This document shows, one piece after another, positions 37,725 to 47,671 of a DNA stretch of 64,000 nt; the stretch's first letter is position 1, and each line of letters starts with the position of its first letter. The DNA is from Candidatus Spongiisociaceae bacterium. Lineage in GTDB: Bacteria; Actinomycetota; Acidimicrobiia; Spongiisociales; Spongiisociaceae. The stretch is from assembly GCA_965202665.1 (NCBI GenBank), contig OZ241841.1, positions 1,536,001 to 1,600,000 of the forward strand, given 5' to 3'. A program made the translations under genes and the position numbers. The notes under the pieces were generated by a model. It was given only the letters and a program-made list of their open reading frames with translations, was not told the origin of the DNA and searched no databases.

Positions 37725-38498
37725 TTAGTGGGCGGTCCAGCCTCCGTCTACGGTTAGCACGGAGCCGGTGATGTAGCTGGCGGCGTCGGAGGCGAGGAAC
37801 AGGGCCGCTCCTTGGATTTCCCGCAACTCCCCCCACCGTTTCAGGGCCACCTCCTGGTTGATGACCCGTACCGCGTGCGGACTGTGCTGATGGTCCACGT
37901 TGAGGGGGGTTAGGAACGGGCCGGGGGCGATGGCATTGACCATAACGCCGTCGTCGGCCCATTCCATGGCCAAAGCCCGGGTGAGTTGGGTGATGGCCCC
38001 TTTGCTGGAGGTGTAGGCGGTGCGGTCGGCCGTCCCCACCAGCCCGAAGGTGGAGGAAATGTTGATGACCCGCCCCCGTCCGGATTTTCCGAGGTGGGGG
38101 GCGGCGGCCTTGCACATCGCCCACGCTCCGGTCACATTGACCGAAAGGGAACGTTCAAAGTCGGCCCGGCTGACCTGGTCGATGGAGCCGCGCACGATGA
38201 TGCCCGCGTTGTTGACCAGAATATCGATTCCGCCCAACTCGTCTACGGTTCGGGCGACCACCCGGGACACATCCTCATCGACGCTTACGTCGCCCGGCGC
38301 GGCGATGACTTTCCCGCCGGTGGTTTCCCCCATGCGCCGGGCGGCATCGGCCAAGTTCTGCGGGTTGCGGCTCATCAGGGCCACCGACGCCCCCGCCCAG
38401 GACAGGGCTTCGGCCATCGCCTCCCCCAACCCTTGCGATCCGCCGGTCACCAAAGCCACCCGCCCCCGCAGTTGAAACATTTCCAGAGGATTGTCCAT
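37725..38498 (-). CDS. Short-chain dehydrogenase/reductase
   Basis: TGGSQGLG, NNAG, YTSSK. Confidence 0.92.
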   Translation of the reverse strand: MDNPLEMFQLRGRVALVTGGSQGLGEAMAEALSWAGASVALMSRNPQNLADAARRMGETTGGKVIAAPGDVSVDEDVSRVVARTVDELGGIDILVNNAGIIVRGSIDQVSRADFERSLSVNVTGAWAMCKAAAPHLGKSGRGRVINISSTFGLVGTADRTAYTSSKGAITQLTRALAMEWADDGVMVNAIAPGPFLTPLNVDHQHSPHAVRVINQEVALKRWGELREIQGAALFLASDAASYITGSVLTVDGGWTAH

Positions 38499-38557
38499 CC
38501 CGCCTTCCGGTAGCTGATTCCCCAACCATACCCGCCGCCCGCGTTACAGTTTGGCCG

Positions 38558-39448
38558 ATGGCAGTCCGACAAGTTTCCGAAATCTTCGATCCCTCCGCCT
38601 GGCGGGAAGTGGAAGGGTTCGAGCTCGCCGACCTCACCTACCACCGGGCGACGGGGCAGGGAACGGTGCGCATCGCCTTCGACCGGCCGGAGGTGCGCAA
38701 CGCCTTCCGCCCGCAAACGGTGGACGAGTTGATCGCCGCCCTGCAACACGCCTACCAGCAAGCCGATGTGGGGGTGGTGCTGCTCACCGGCAACGGCCCC
38801 TCCCCCAAGGACGGGGGGTGGGCTTTCTGCTCCGGCGGCGACCAGCGCATCCGGGGCGCCGACGGCTACCAGTACCAGGACGGGTCCGCCGGCCCCGGCC
38901 GCCTGCATGTGATGGAAGCCCAGCGGCTCATCCGGTTTATGCCGAAGGTGGTAATAGCGGTGGTGCCCGGTTGGGCGGTGGGCGGCGGACACAGCCTGCA
39001 CGTGGTGTGCGATTTGACTTTGGCCTCCCGCCAGCACGCCGTTTTCAAACAGACCGACGCCGACGTGGCCAGTTTCGACGCCGGATACGGTTCCGCCTAC
39101 CTGACCCGGCAGATCGGCCAGAAGCGGGCCCGGGAAATCTTCTTTCGGGGGGCGGACCATTCGGCGGAGGAGGCGCACCGGATGGGGATGGTCAACGCGG
39201 TGGCGGAGCACGCCGATTTGGAAACCACCGCTTTGGAGTGGGCCCGGGAAATAAACAGCAAAAGCCCGATGTCCATCCGCATGTTGAAATACGCCTTCAA
39301 TCTCATCGACGACGGGTTGGTCGGCCAGCAGCTGTTCGCAGCCGAAGCCACCCGCCTGGGCTACATGACCGATGAAGCCCGGGAAGGCCGCGACGCCTTT
39401 GTGGAAAAACGGCCCCGGGATTTCACCCGTTTCCCCTGGCATTACTGA
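38558..39448 (+). CDS. menB: 1,4-dihydroxy-2-naphthoyl-CoA synthase
   Basis: VRNAFRPQT, FCSGGDQ, GGGHSLHVVCDLT. Confidence 0.95.
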   Translation: MAVRQVSEIFDPSAWREVEGFELADLTYHRATGQGTVRIAFDRPEVRNAFRPQTVDELIAALQHAYQQADVGVVLLTGNGPSPKDGGWAFCSGGDQRIRGADGYQYQDGSAGPGRLHVMEAQRLIRFMPKVVIAVVPGWAVGGGHSLHVVCDLTLASRQHAVFKQTDADVASFDAGYGSAYLTRQIGQKRAREIFFRGADHSAEEAHRMGMVNAVAEHADLETTALEWAREINSKSPMSIRMLKYAFNLIDDGLVGQQLFAAEATRLGYMTDEAREGRDAFVEKRPRDFTRFPWHY

Positions 39449-39513
39449 CCAGCCGCCAGCGCCAAACCATTCGGGTTTCCGCTATGAGAGTTAGTACTCC
39501 TAGAGTGGGAGCT

Positions 39514-40308
39514 ATGACGGATGTTTCACCGATTTCCCCGCCGCCGGTTCCGACCGCCCCGGATGCGCCGACCGGTCCCGTCTTGCGGGTGGAGCAGGCG
39601 GCGGCGGAGGCGGGGGTGGGAGTGGACACCATCCGTTATTACCAGGGGATGGGGCTGTTGCCCCCGGTGGGACGGGATGGGCGCAACGCCCTATACGGGC
39701 CGGAGCATCTCACCAGGTTGCGCACCATCCGCGCCTTGGCCGACGATGGTTTCACCCTCGCCCAGATCAAACGGCTGTTGGCCGAAGCCGGCGACCCGTT
39801 GCTGGTCTCCCTGGTGGGGGGGGCGGACGGGCTGAGCCGGGACGAGTTGGCCGAACTTTCCGGCCTGGATCGGGAAATGGTGGACCTGGCCGCCTCCGCC
39901 GGCCTGATCCAACGGTTGGGCGGCCCGGATCAAACCGACGAAAGATTCGCCCCCGAAGCCGCCCCCATGCTGGCCGCGGGCCGCACTTTGCTGGAAGCCG
40001 GTTTTCCGATGCACCGTTTGGCCGCCCTGGCCGCCCGTCACGCCACCGGGGTGGAAGAGGTGGTGGACGAAGCGATTGACCTTTTCGCCGAATACGTGCG
40101 CCCCGGGCAGTCCGACCACCCGGATGAGTTGGCCCGCCTGTTCCGCACTCTGGCGGCCATGGTCGCCCGGTTGGTGGCCCAGCATTTTCAGCAGACGGTG
40201 TTCAACCGGACGCGGGAACGTCTGGCCGAATCCGATGACCGGGCCCTGATTGGAGCCTTGGAGGAGGCGGGACGGCGCAATCTGGTCATAACCGCCGAAT
40301 GGCGGTAG
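39514..40308 (+). CDS. MerR-family transcriptional regulator
   Basis: AAEAGVGVDTIRYYQ..GLLPP...GRNALY. Confidence 0.85.
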   Translation: MTDVSPISPPPVPTAPDAPTGPVLRVEQAAAEAGVGVDTIRYYQGMGLLPPVGRDGRNALYGPEHLTRLRTIRALADDGFTLAQIKRLLAEAGDPLLVSLVGGADGLSRDELAELSGLDREMVDLAASAGLIQRLGGPDQTDERFAPEAAPMLAAGRTLLEAGFPMHRLAALAARHATGVEEVVDEAIDLFAEYVRPGQSDHPDELARLFRTLAAMVARLVAQHFQQTVFNRTRERLAESDDRALIGALEEAGRRNLVITAEWR

Positions 40309-40318
40309 CGCGGCGGCG

Positions 40319-41707
40319 ATGAACCGGCGGGCCCGCCTGGCGGAGCGGTTGGCGGAGGCGGAAGCGCGGGCCGGGGCGTTGGGGCGGTCCGCCTTTTTCA
40401 CCTTGGCCGTTCCCGCCGGGGATAGGGCGGATCCCTTGGCGGCGGCGGTCGGCTCGGAGGCCCCTTTCGCTTTCTGGGAGCAACCGGCCCGCGGGATTTC
40501 GTTCGCCGCTTTGGGTTCCGCCCATTCCCTCCTCGTCTCCGGAGGGGCCGATCGGTTCACCGCTATGTCAAACGCCCTGCGGGAGTTGCGGGCCCGCACC
40601 TTGCATCAGTCGTGGGACGGGGCCGACCGGACCCCCCTTTTGATAGGAGGGTTTTCCTTCGCCGGCGACTCCGGTTGGCCGGGCTTTCCCGCCGGGCGGC
40701 TGACCTTGCCCGCGCTGGCCCTCATCCGCCGTCCGTCCGGGACGGCCTGGGTGGCGGCGGCGCGGGTTCGCCGGGGGGATGACCCGCATCGGTTGGCCGA
40801 CTCCCTCATGGAGCGGGTGGAGCGGGCCGACGCCCGTCCCCCGCCCGTCCCCCGCCCTGCCGCCCCCGACCTTCGGGCGGCGGCGGAGGCGGACCTGTCG
40901 GATCCCCTTTTCAGGGAGACGGCGCAAGCGGCCGTCGAAGAGACAATCAACGGCGGCCTGTCCAAAGTGGTTCCCGCCCGCCGTCTGACGGTGGAAAGAC
41001 GCCCCGACCCGGGCCCCTTCCTGGCCGCCCTGCGGGAACATTTCACCGAATGCGCCATCTTTGCCTTCGCCGCCCCGGAAGGTGTTTTCTGCGGGGCCAC
41101 CCCGGAACTTTTGGCCCGGGTGGAGGGAGTGTCGGTGTCCACCGCGGCGTTGGCGGGCACCGCTCGGCGCGGGGCGGACGCCGCGCAGGATGAAAACATC
41201 GCCCGATGGCTGCGCGGCGACCCCAAGCAGGCCGAGGAGCACGATTACGTGCATTCGGAGATACGCCGCCGTCTGCAACAGGGCGGTTTCGCAGTGGACC
41301 CCCCGGCGCCGACCGAGGTGATGCGGTTGCCCGGACTGCAGCATCTGCGCACCCCGGTCACCGCCGCCGCCCCGGTGGGAACCAACGTCTTGGACGTGAC
41401 CGGGGCCCTGCATCCCACCCCGGCCGTGGCCGGCCTTCCCACCGGGGAGGCTTTGGAATGGTTGCGGGCGCATGAGGGATTCGACCGAGGATGGTTCGCC
41501 GGTCCGGTCGGGTTCTGCGATCTGGCCGGGCAGGGCGAGTTTCACGCCGCGTTGCGGTGCGCCCTGTTGCGCCGGACTGATTGCGACCTGTTCGCCGGGG
41601 CGGGGGTGGTGGCCGCCTCCGTTCCCGAGCGGGAACTGGAGGAAACCGAACTGAAACTGCGGGCGTTGCTCCCCTGGGCGCTGGGCTCGGAACCGGCGCC
41701 GCCGTAA
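40319..41707 (+). CDS. menF: Isochorismate synthase
   Basis: KVVPAR, GATPELL, LAGT, LHPTPAV.G, RGWFAGPVG, AGAGVV. Confidence 0.88.
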   Translation: MNRRARLAERLAEAEARAGALGRSAFFTLAVPAGDRADPLAAAVGSEAPFAFWEQPARGISFAALGSAHSLLVSGGADRFTAMSNALRELRARTLHQSWDGADRTPLLIGGFSFAGDSGWPGFPAGRLTLPALALIRRPSGTAWVAAARVRRGDDPHRLADSLMERVERADARPPPVPRPAAPDLRAAAEADLSDPLFRETAQAAVEETINGGLSKVVPARRLTVERRPDPGPFLAALREHFTECAIFAFAAPEGVFCGATPELLARVEGVSVSTAALAGTARRGADAAQDENIARWLRGDPKQAEEHDYVHSEIRRRLQQGGFAVDPPAPTEVMRLPGLQHLRTPVTAAAPVGTNVLDVTGALHPTPAVAGLPTGEALEWLRAHEGFDRGWFAGPVGFCDLAGQGEFHAALRCALLRRTDCDLFAGAGVVAASVPERELEETELKLRALLPWALGSEPAPP

Positions 41708-41727
41708 AGGGGGTGGGAGGTGTTGAT

Positions 41728-43407
41728 GTGGTGAACGATGTGCGGGGCGGGGCTTATCGTACCGCGGCCGCGGTTTTGGGGGCGCTGGCCGAGTTGGGAA
41801 TGAGGACGGTGTTCGTCTCGCCCGGTTCCCGTTCGGCTCCCCTGGCGGCCTCCGCCGATGCTATGGCCGGTTTGGATGTCCGTATGATGTTGGACGAGCG
41901 TTGCGCCGGGTTCGCCGCTTTGGGGACGGCCGCCGCCTCCGGGCGGATGACCGGGCTGATCTGCACCTCCGGTTCGGCGGGGGCCCATTACCTGCCGGCC
42001 GCGGTGGAAGCCAACCGGGCCCGTATCCCCCTGGCTCTTCTAACCGCCGACCGCCCCCCCGGTTTTTTGGAACGGGACGCCCCGCAGACCATCGACCAAT
42101 CCAACCTGTTCGGAGCGCAGGTGCGGTCCTTCCTCGGCCTGCCCGTAGCCCACGAGGCGGAGCCGGGGGAGGCGGCCCGTCTGGTCTATGAGGCGGCCCG
42201 GGCCGGGTTGCCGCCCAACGCCGGGCCGGTGCACGTCAACCTGCCGTTCGCCAAGCCTTTGGAGCCGCCGCCCGAATGGGCGCCCGCCCCCCGCCCCGCC
42301 GGGGACGGAGAACCGCCGGAGGAGCCGGCCCCGCCCGCTCCGGAGTCGGTGGAGAAGATGCGCCGCTTCGCCGGGGAGGGGCGGCGGGGGCTGGTGGTAG
42401 CCGGGCCGAGGAGAGTCGGGCTGGCGGAGCGGGCCGCCCTGGCGGCGTGGGCGGCGGCGGCCGGATGGCCGATAGCGGCCGACCCGCTGTCCGGGTTGCG
42501 CACCGGCCCTTGCCCGCAGGTGATTTCCACCGGGGAGATGCTGGCGGGCGATGACCGGTTCGCCGCCGCCCACCGCCCGCAGGCCGTGTTGCGGGTGGGC
42601 GGAATCCCCACCGGCCGCCGCACCCAGCAGTGGCTGGAATCTTTGGAATGCCCGCAGTTGATACTCGATCCCGACCGGTGGTGGACCGCCCCCGGCCCGC
42701 AGACGGTGTTGCGGGACCCCCTGCCCGGTTTGCTGGCCGGGGCGCCGGCGGGGGCGGCGGACGGGGCTTGGGGGGAGGCTTGGCGGGAAGCCGACCGGGA
42801 AGCTTCCGTCCGCAGGCGGGAGGAGCGGCGGTCGCATCCGGATACGGAACCGGCCTTGGCGGCGGCGGTTCTGGAAAGGTCGGAGACGGTGTGGGTTGGG
42901 GGGAGTATGCCGGTCCGTCACTTGGATCTGATGATGGAAGCCGGCTCAGGGACGGCGGTGATGGGCGCCCGGGGGGCGTGCGGCATCGACGGCTCCGTCG
43001 CCGCCGCCGCCGGGGCCTCCTTGGGGACGGGAAAGCGGGTGACGGCCCTGATGGGCGACCTGGCTTTTCTGCATGATTTGGGTTCCCTTCCGGCGGCCGC
43101 CCGCATGGGGGCGGAGTTGACGGTGGCGGTGTTGGATAACGGGGGCGGGGCCATCTTCGGCATGTTGCCCATCGCCCGCTCCCCGGGAGTGGATTTGGAG
43201 CGGTTGTTCACTTTTCCCCATCATTTGGATTTGACGGAGGCCGCCTCCGGGCTGGGGGCGCGGGTGAGGCGGGCCGGAACGCTTGATATGCCGGGGGTTT
43301 TGGCGCAGGCGGCGGAGGAGGGCGGGACGTGGGTGGTGGTGGCGGAAACCGATCCCGGCCAGATGCGAGCCGTCTACCAACGACTGACCGGGGGTTGGCG
43401 GGAATAA
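41728..43407 (+). CDS. menD: SEPHCHC synthase
   Basis: SPGSRSAPL, DER.AGF.ALG, TADRP, GIDG, GDLAFLHD, DNGGGAIF. Confidence 0.92.
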   Translation: MVNDVRGGAYRTAAAVLGALAELGMRTVFVSPGSRSAPLAASADAMAGLDVRMMLDERCAGFAALGTAAASGRMTGLICTSGSAGAHYLPAAVEANRARIPLALLTADRPPGFLERDAPQTIDQSNLFGAQVRSFLGLPVAHEAEPGEAARLVYEAARAGLPPNAGPVHVNLPFAKPLEPPPEWAPAPRPAGDGEPPEEPAPPAPESVEKMRRFAGEGRRGLVVAGPRRVGLAERAALAAWAAAAGWPIAADPLSGLRTGPCPQVISTGEMLAGDDRFAAAHRPQAVLRVGGIPTGRRTQQWLESLECPQLILDPDRWWTAPGPQTVLRDPLPGLLAGAPAGAADGAWGEAWREADREASVRRREERRSHPDTEPALAAAVLERSETVWVGGSMPVRHLDLMMEAGSGTAVMGARGACGIDGSVAAAAGASLGTGKRVTALMGDLAFLHDLGSLPAAARMGAELTVAVLDNGGGAIFGMLPIARSPGVDLERLFTFPHHLDLTEAASGLGARVRRAGTLDMPGVLAQAAEEGGTWVVVAETDPGQMRAVYQRLTGGWRE

Positions 43408-43483
43408 GGCGGCGGCGGACCTAAGAAATCCCTATCATCCAGGGGTTTTTTTATCCCCGAATGGGCGGGCTGGGGGGATTTAC

Positions 43484-43512
43484 TTGACAAATTAGGGGGG
43501 GGGGGGTAGCGT
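43484..43512 (+). promoter_or_regulatory. Promoter with poly-G spacer (paralog 1, 17-bp spacer)
   Basis: TTGACA-AATTA-G12-TAGCGT. Confidence 0.75.
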
Positions 43513-43598
43513 TTTTCCCTGTTGGGCTTTACGGCGTGTGAGGTTGCCCGCCCGATGGCCTGCGTGGTTAAAGAAAATCCTGAGGAAGGAGGATGTAA

Positions 43599-46500
43599 AT
43601 GTCGGTTCGCGTGTCGGGGAAGGTTTGGCTTATAGGATTGTTGGTGTTGGGTTTGACGGCGAGTTTGCTGGGTGCGGCTCCGCCGGGTGCGGTGGGGACG
43701 CATGGGGATGATGCGGATGTGGATTATGAGCCATCGTATTCGGCCTGCGTGGGGGCGGCGACGGAGTCTTTCGGGTTTGAGGACACGGAAGGATCGTTCG
43801 CGGAGGAGGCTATCAATTGTTTGGCGCATTATGGGATCACCACCGGCCGGTCGGCGACGATGTTCGCTCCCAACGATTCGGTGTTGCGGTGGCAGATGGC
43901 CCTGTTTTTGGCGAGGGCGGCCGCGGCGGCGGGGATCGTGTTGGCGAACCCGGCTACCGATCAGGGTTTCACGGATGTTGGGGGAGTGTCGGGGGAGGCC
44001 CGTAACGCTATCAACGGTTTAGCGGCGGCGGGGATTATGCCCGGCACGTCGCAGACGACGTTTAGTCCGAATAGTTCGGTGACGCGTGGTTCCATGGCTG
44101 TGTTGTTGGATGCTTTCCTGGCGCGGGCGACGTTGGGGGCGGGGGCGTTTGGGGGTGAGATTGAGAAGCATTCGGATATAGAGGTGGATAATTTCAATGT
44201 GTTTAGCGATATTGATGGGGTGTCGTTGAATACGTATAATGCGATTTATCGTATTTATGAGGTGGGGGTGACGCAGGGGGTGGGTGATCATCAGTTCGGT
44301 CCGGGTCGTAACGTGACAAGGGCGCAGATGGCGGCCTTCATCACCCGGGCCTTTGCGCACACCGTAGCCCGTCCGGCCGGGGTGTCTATTCAGGCGGAGA
44401 AAGATTCGGTGTTGGGGGAGTCGTCGGTGCAACTTATTGTGTCGGTGCGGGATGCGATGTTTCAGCCGGTGGTGGATGCGTCGGTGGATGTGTTCCGTTC
44501 CACCGACCCTGACAACGCTCTGAAGGACGACGGGACTTGCGATACAGCCAGTGTTAGTCAGGTGGCTGGTATTGGCCGGGCGGCGTGTGAGGTGGATACG
44601 GGGGATGAAACAACGGACGCGGCGGGGGATGTTACCGCGTTGCAGTTGCAGGTGTCGGATGCGGATGTGACGGTGTGGGCGTGGACCGGGGACCGGGCTG
44701 ACAAGTTTGATTCCGATGACACCACCGCCGCCCAGCTGACCGTCGGTTTCTCCAAGGCGGCCAGCCAGTTGCTGGTGACCGACAATTTGGAGGAGGGGCA
44801 GACCCATCTGCAGTTTGGGGAAACAGCCACGCTGACGGTGCAGGTGGCTAATGAGGATGATGAGCCGGTGGCGGAGAAGGATGTGGGGGTGAAGGTCGCC
44901 CAGGTTACCACTCCGGATGTGAGCAAGACGACGGAAACTAACTCGTCAACCAACACCTATACCACTGATGCGTCGGGCAAGTTTCAGTTGTCGTTTACCC
45001 AGACCGATCCCAGTTCCGGTGATGATGAGGACGCAACGGTGGTGGTTACTTTGAGCGAACCGTCCTCTTATACACTCCAGGATGAAGACGGCGAGGCATT
45101 CGCCTCCAAAACCTACACTTGGTCCGACGAGGCGGGGGTTCCGGCCAAGTTGGTGTTGGAAACGCGGCAGGAGTACGCCGAAGCGTCCGATGAGGGCCGG
45201 GGGGCGGTGGCGGCGGTTACCGCCACTTTGACCGACCAGTTCGGCAACCCGGTGCGCGGCCAGCGAATCCACTTCTGGTCCGACGACCCAGCCGGAGTGG
45301 GCCAGAAATCGGACGATATTGCTCTGGAATGGGTGCGGAACGCAATCACTTTGGCCGCCACCGGTACTGTTAATTCGGCCAACGTCCAGTGGCGGCGAGT
45401 GGGTTTCCGCATTTTGCGGAATTTGATGCCCCAGGTTACTTACACCCGTACCACCAACCGGTCGGGTGCGGCCACATTGTCCTACAGCCGGGATGCGACG
45501 GGGGGCGTGATCGAGACGATCCGGGCCCGGTTGGTGCGGGGTGAGGACGACGCCACCACGAGGAGCGAGAGGTGGCCGTGGAGCCGCGCCAGCGAAGCGG
45601 AGGATCCCCGAGACCTGGTGAGCGAGAGGGCGACCTTTTATTGGGCCGAAGAGTTGGACGACGACGATTCGGCGAAAGGCCGGATTTTGGTGAAAGACGC
45701 CGATGCCCGCCGGCTGGTGTTCGGAGCTGATGACGGCCGGGTGAGAATGATCACCTACGACGGCAACGACCAGTTCCGAACGAACGGGACCCCAATCGTG
45801 ATGTCCGAGTTCGAAAAGTATCTGAAAGGCACCGCCGCTCATATCATCATCAACGAATATTCCGATACTGCGAGCGACGTCAGTTCGTTCGACACGACGG
45901 CGGAATGGCCGCAGGTGGATATGAGCAAGATTCCGGTGCCGCAGGCATCGGGACGGACGGTGGAGGCCGTTGGCAACGGCATGGTCATTTTAGCGGCCGA
46001 CGGCGGCGCTATCGTGGTCGGTTCTTTCTGGGAGAACAACTACGCCGGTGCGGTGTATGTCTTCGACGGGGTGGACGATGACGCCCCTCAGAAGTTGACC
46101 GCCCCCACTCCGCAACCCACCACTTTCACCGATAGCCATGTCACTAACCATTGGTATAACAAGCCGTGGGAATTCAACCTGCCGACTTCGGGAGGGCATT
46201 TCGGCTATGCGGTGGACATCCGGGGCGACACTATCGTGGTGGGCGAACCGGGCCGCCTCAGCACCCATACGATCAACAAAGGAACCTCCGACCCTCGGAC
46301 TGGGGTGGCAACCGACGGAGCGGTTTACGTTTACACCAAGAACGCTTCCGGCACCTGGGAGTTGGACGCCACGTTGACGTTGGCGGACTTCGTGGGCTCG
46401 GAGAACGGCCGGATCACCGGCGGTTGGGACGCGGGAATGGAGCTGGGCCGGTCAGTGGTGGTTTCCGAAGATGAAACCACCATCGCCGCCTCCGCACCCC

Positions 46501-47447
46501 GGTTTTTAACTAACCAGAACAGCCGACGAATGGGCGGGGTGCACATTTTCAAACGGCCCGATCAAACTGGCCGGAACACGGCAACCATCGGCAAATGGGA
46601 TGATGCTACGGGGGCCGCAACCTCCCGACTGGATGTGTCTACCAATTATATAAACACCAATAAAAACAGCGGAAACCGGACCTTGGCCCGCGATAGGGAG
46701 TTGGCTATTTCTCGAGATGGAAGCACGGTGGTAGTGGGCAACAGCTGGTTTAGCCGGGTGTTGGATAATGTGAAACATGATTGGGTGGGAGGGGCGTTTA
46801 TCTACACCGCCCCATCCGGCGGATGGGTAGCCGCCGCGCAATATGAGGAAGACACCGTCTTGCAGTCCCCCACCCCCTACTCCGGGGAGAGAATGGCCGT
46901 GTCGCTGGGGGTGTCCGCTGATGGAAGCACGGTGGTGGTGTCGGCTCACTTCCGGCCCGAGTTGATGCGACAAGGCAAGGTGCTGATCTACGAGAGGCCC
47001 GACCAGAGCGGCCGTTCCGCGGGCGACAAATGGGGCGACGCCGACAACCTGATGGACCCCAGCGCCGTTTTGACGCATCCTTTGGAGCATCCGGATAAGC
47101 CCGACGGTTGCTTGGCTTCGGCCGGTCCGGTGCTGGGATGCAACATTGGGGAGACTTTCGGACAATGGGTGGACATCAACGATGCCGGCGACCGTATTCT
47201 GGCCGCCCACCCCGCCCGTACCGAAGGCCGCTATCTGGGTTCCACGCGTCTCTTCACCGAGCCGGCGGGCGGCTGGTCGACGGTCACCGCCGACAACCAG
47301 CCCTCTTCGGTGGAGTTCTTAGGGGCGGACCCCGGGGCTTTCGCGGGATGGCGAAACCATTTCGATCAAGACACCGGCGACATCTACATGATGGATTCCG
47401 ATCCCGACGCCAATGGCGCCGTCCGCGCCTACAAAATAACGCCTTAG
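43599..47447 (+). CDS. Surface (S-layer) protein paralog 1: SLH domains, Ig-like region, FG-GAP-like beta-propeller
   Basis: Signal peptide; SLH motifs (FAPNDSVLRWQMA, FGPGRNVTRAQMA); repeats of FGYAVDI..DTIVVG and GAVYV. Confidence 0.85.
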   Translation: MSVRVSGKVWLIGLLVLGLTASLLGAAPPGAVGTHGDDADVDYEPSYSACVGAATESFGFEDTEGSFAEEAINCLAHYGITTGRSATMFAPNDSVLRWQMALFLARAAAAAGIVLANPATDQGFTDVGGVSGEARNAINGLAAAGIMPGTSQTTFSPNSSVTRGSMAVLLDAFLARATLGAGAFGGEIEKHSDIEVDNFNVFSDIDGVSLNTYNAIYRIYEVGVTQGVGDHQFGPGRNVTRAQMAAFITRAFAHTVARPAGVSIQAEKDSVLGESSVQLIVSVRDAMFQPVVDASVDVFRSTDPDNALKDDGTCDTASVSQVAGIGRAACEVDTGDETTDAAGDVTALQLQVSDADVTVWAWTGDRADKFDSDDTTAAQLTVGFSKAASQLLVTDNLEEGQTHLQFGETATLTVQVANEDDEPVAEKDVGVKVAQVTTPDVSKTTETNSSTNTYTTDASGKFQLSFTQTDPSSGDDEDATVVVTLSEPSSYTLQDEDGEAFASKTYTWSDEAGVPAKLVLETRQEYAEASDEGRGAVAAVTATLTDQFGNPVRGQRIHFWSDDPAGVGQKSDDIALEWVRNAITLAATGTVNSANVQWRRVGFRILRNLMPQVTYTRTTNRSGAATLSYSRDATGGVIETIRARLVRGEDDATTRSERWPWSRASEAEDPRDLVSERATFYWAEELDDDDSAKGRILVKDADARRLVFGADDGRVRMITYDGNDQFRTNGTPIVMSEFEKYLKGTAAHIIINEYSDTASDVSSFDTTAEWPQVDMSKIPVPQASGRTVEAVGNGMVILAADGGAIVVGSFWENNYAGAVYVFDGVDDDAPQKLTAPTPQPTTFTDSHVTNHWYNKPWEFNLPTSGGHFGYAVDIRGDTIVVGEPGRLSTHTINKGTSDPRTGVATDGAVYVYTKNASGTWELDATLTLADFVGSENGRITGGWDAGMELGRSVVVSEDETTIAASAPRFLTNQNSRRMGGVHIFKRPDQTGRNTATIGKWDDATGAATSRLDVSTNYINTNKNSGNRTLARDRELAISRDGSTVVVGNSWFSRVLDNVKHDWVGGAFIYTAPSGGWVAAAQYEEDTVLQSPTPYSGERMAVSLGVSADGSTVVVSAHFRPELMRQGKVLIYERPDQSGRSAGDKWGDADNLMDPSAVLTHPLEHPDKPDGCLASAGPVLGCNIGETFGQWVDINDAGDRILAAHPARTEGRYLGSTRLFTEPAGGWSTVTADNQPSSVEFLGADPGAFAGWRNHFDQDTGDIYMMDSDPDANGAVRAYKITP

Positions 47448-47469
47448 TCGCTTCACGCAACCCAACACG

Positions 47470-47510
47470 ACAGGAAACCCCCCGCACCGAAGCGGGGGGC
47501 TTTCCTGTTT
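47470..47510 (+). terminator. Intrinsic terminator after paralog 1
   Basis: CAGGAAACCCCCCGC...GCGGGGGGCTTTCCTG-TTT. Confidence 0.8.
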
Positions 47511-47552
47511 AAACCAAACTTCAGGGGATGGGGGCGGGTTGGAGGGATTGAC

Positions 47553-47579
47553 TTGACAAATTGGGGGGGGGGGTAGCGT
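47553..47579 (+). promoter_or_regulatory. Promoter with poly-G spacer (paralog 2, 15-bp spacer)
   Basis: TTGACA-AATT-G11-TAGCGT. Confidence 0.7.
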
Positions 47580-47671
47580 TTTAGTCTGTTGGGCTTTACG
47601 GCGTGTGAGGTTGCCCGCTGAGTGGTCTGCGTAGTTAACGAAAAATCCTGGATTCGGAAGGAGGAATGATA

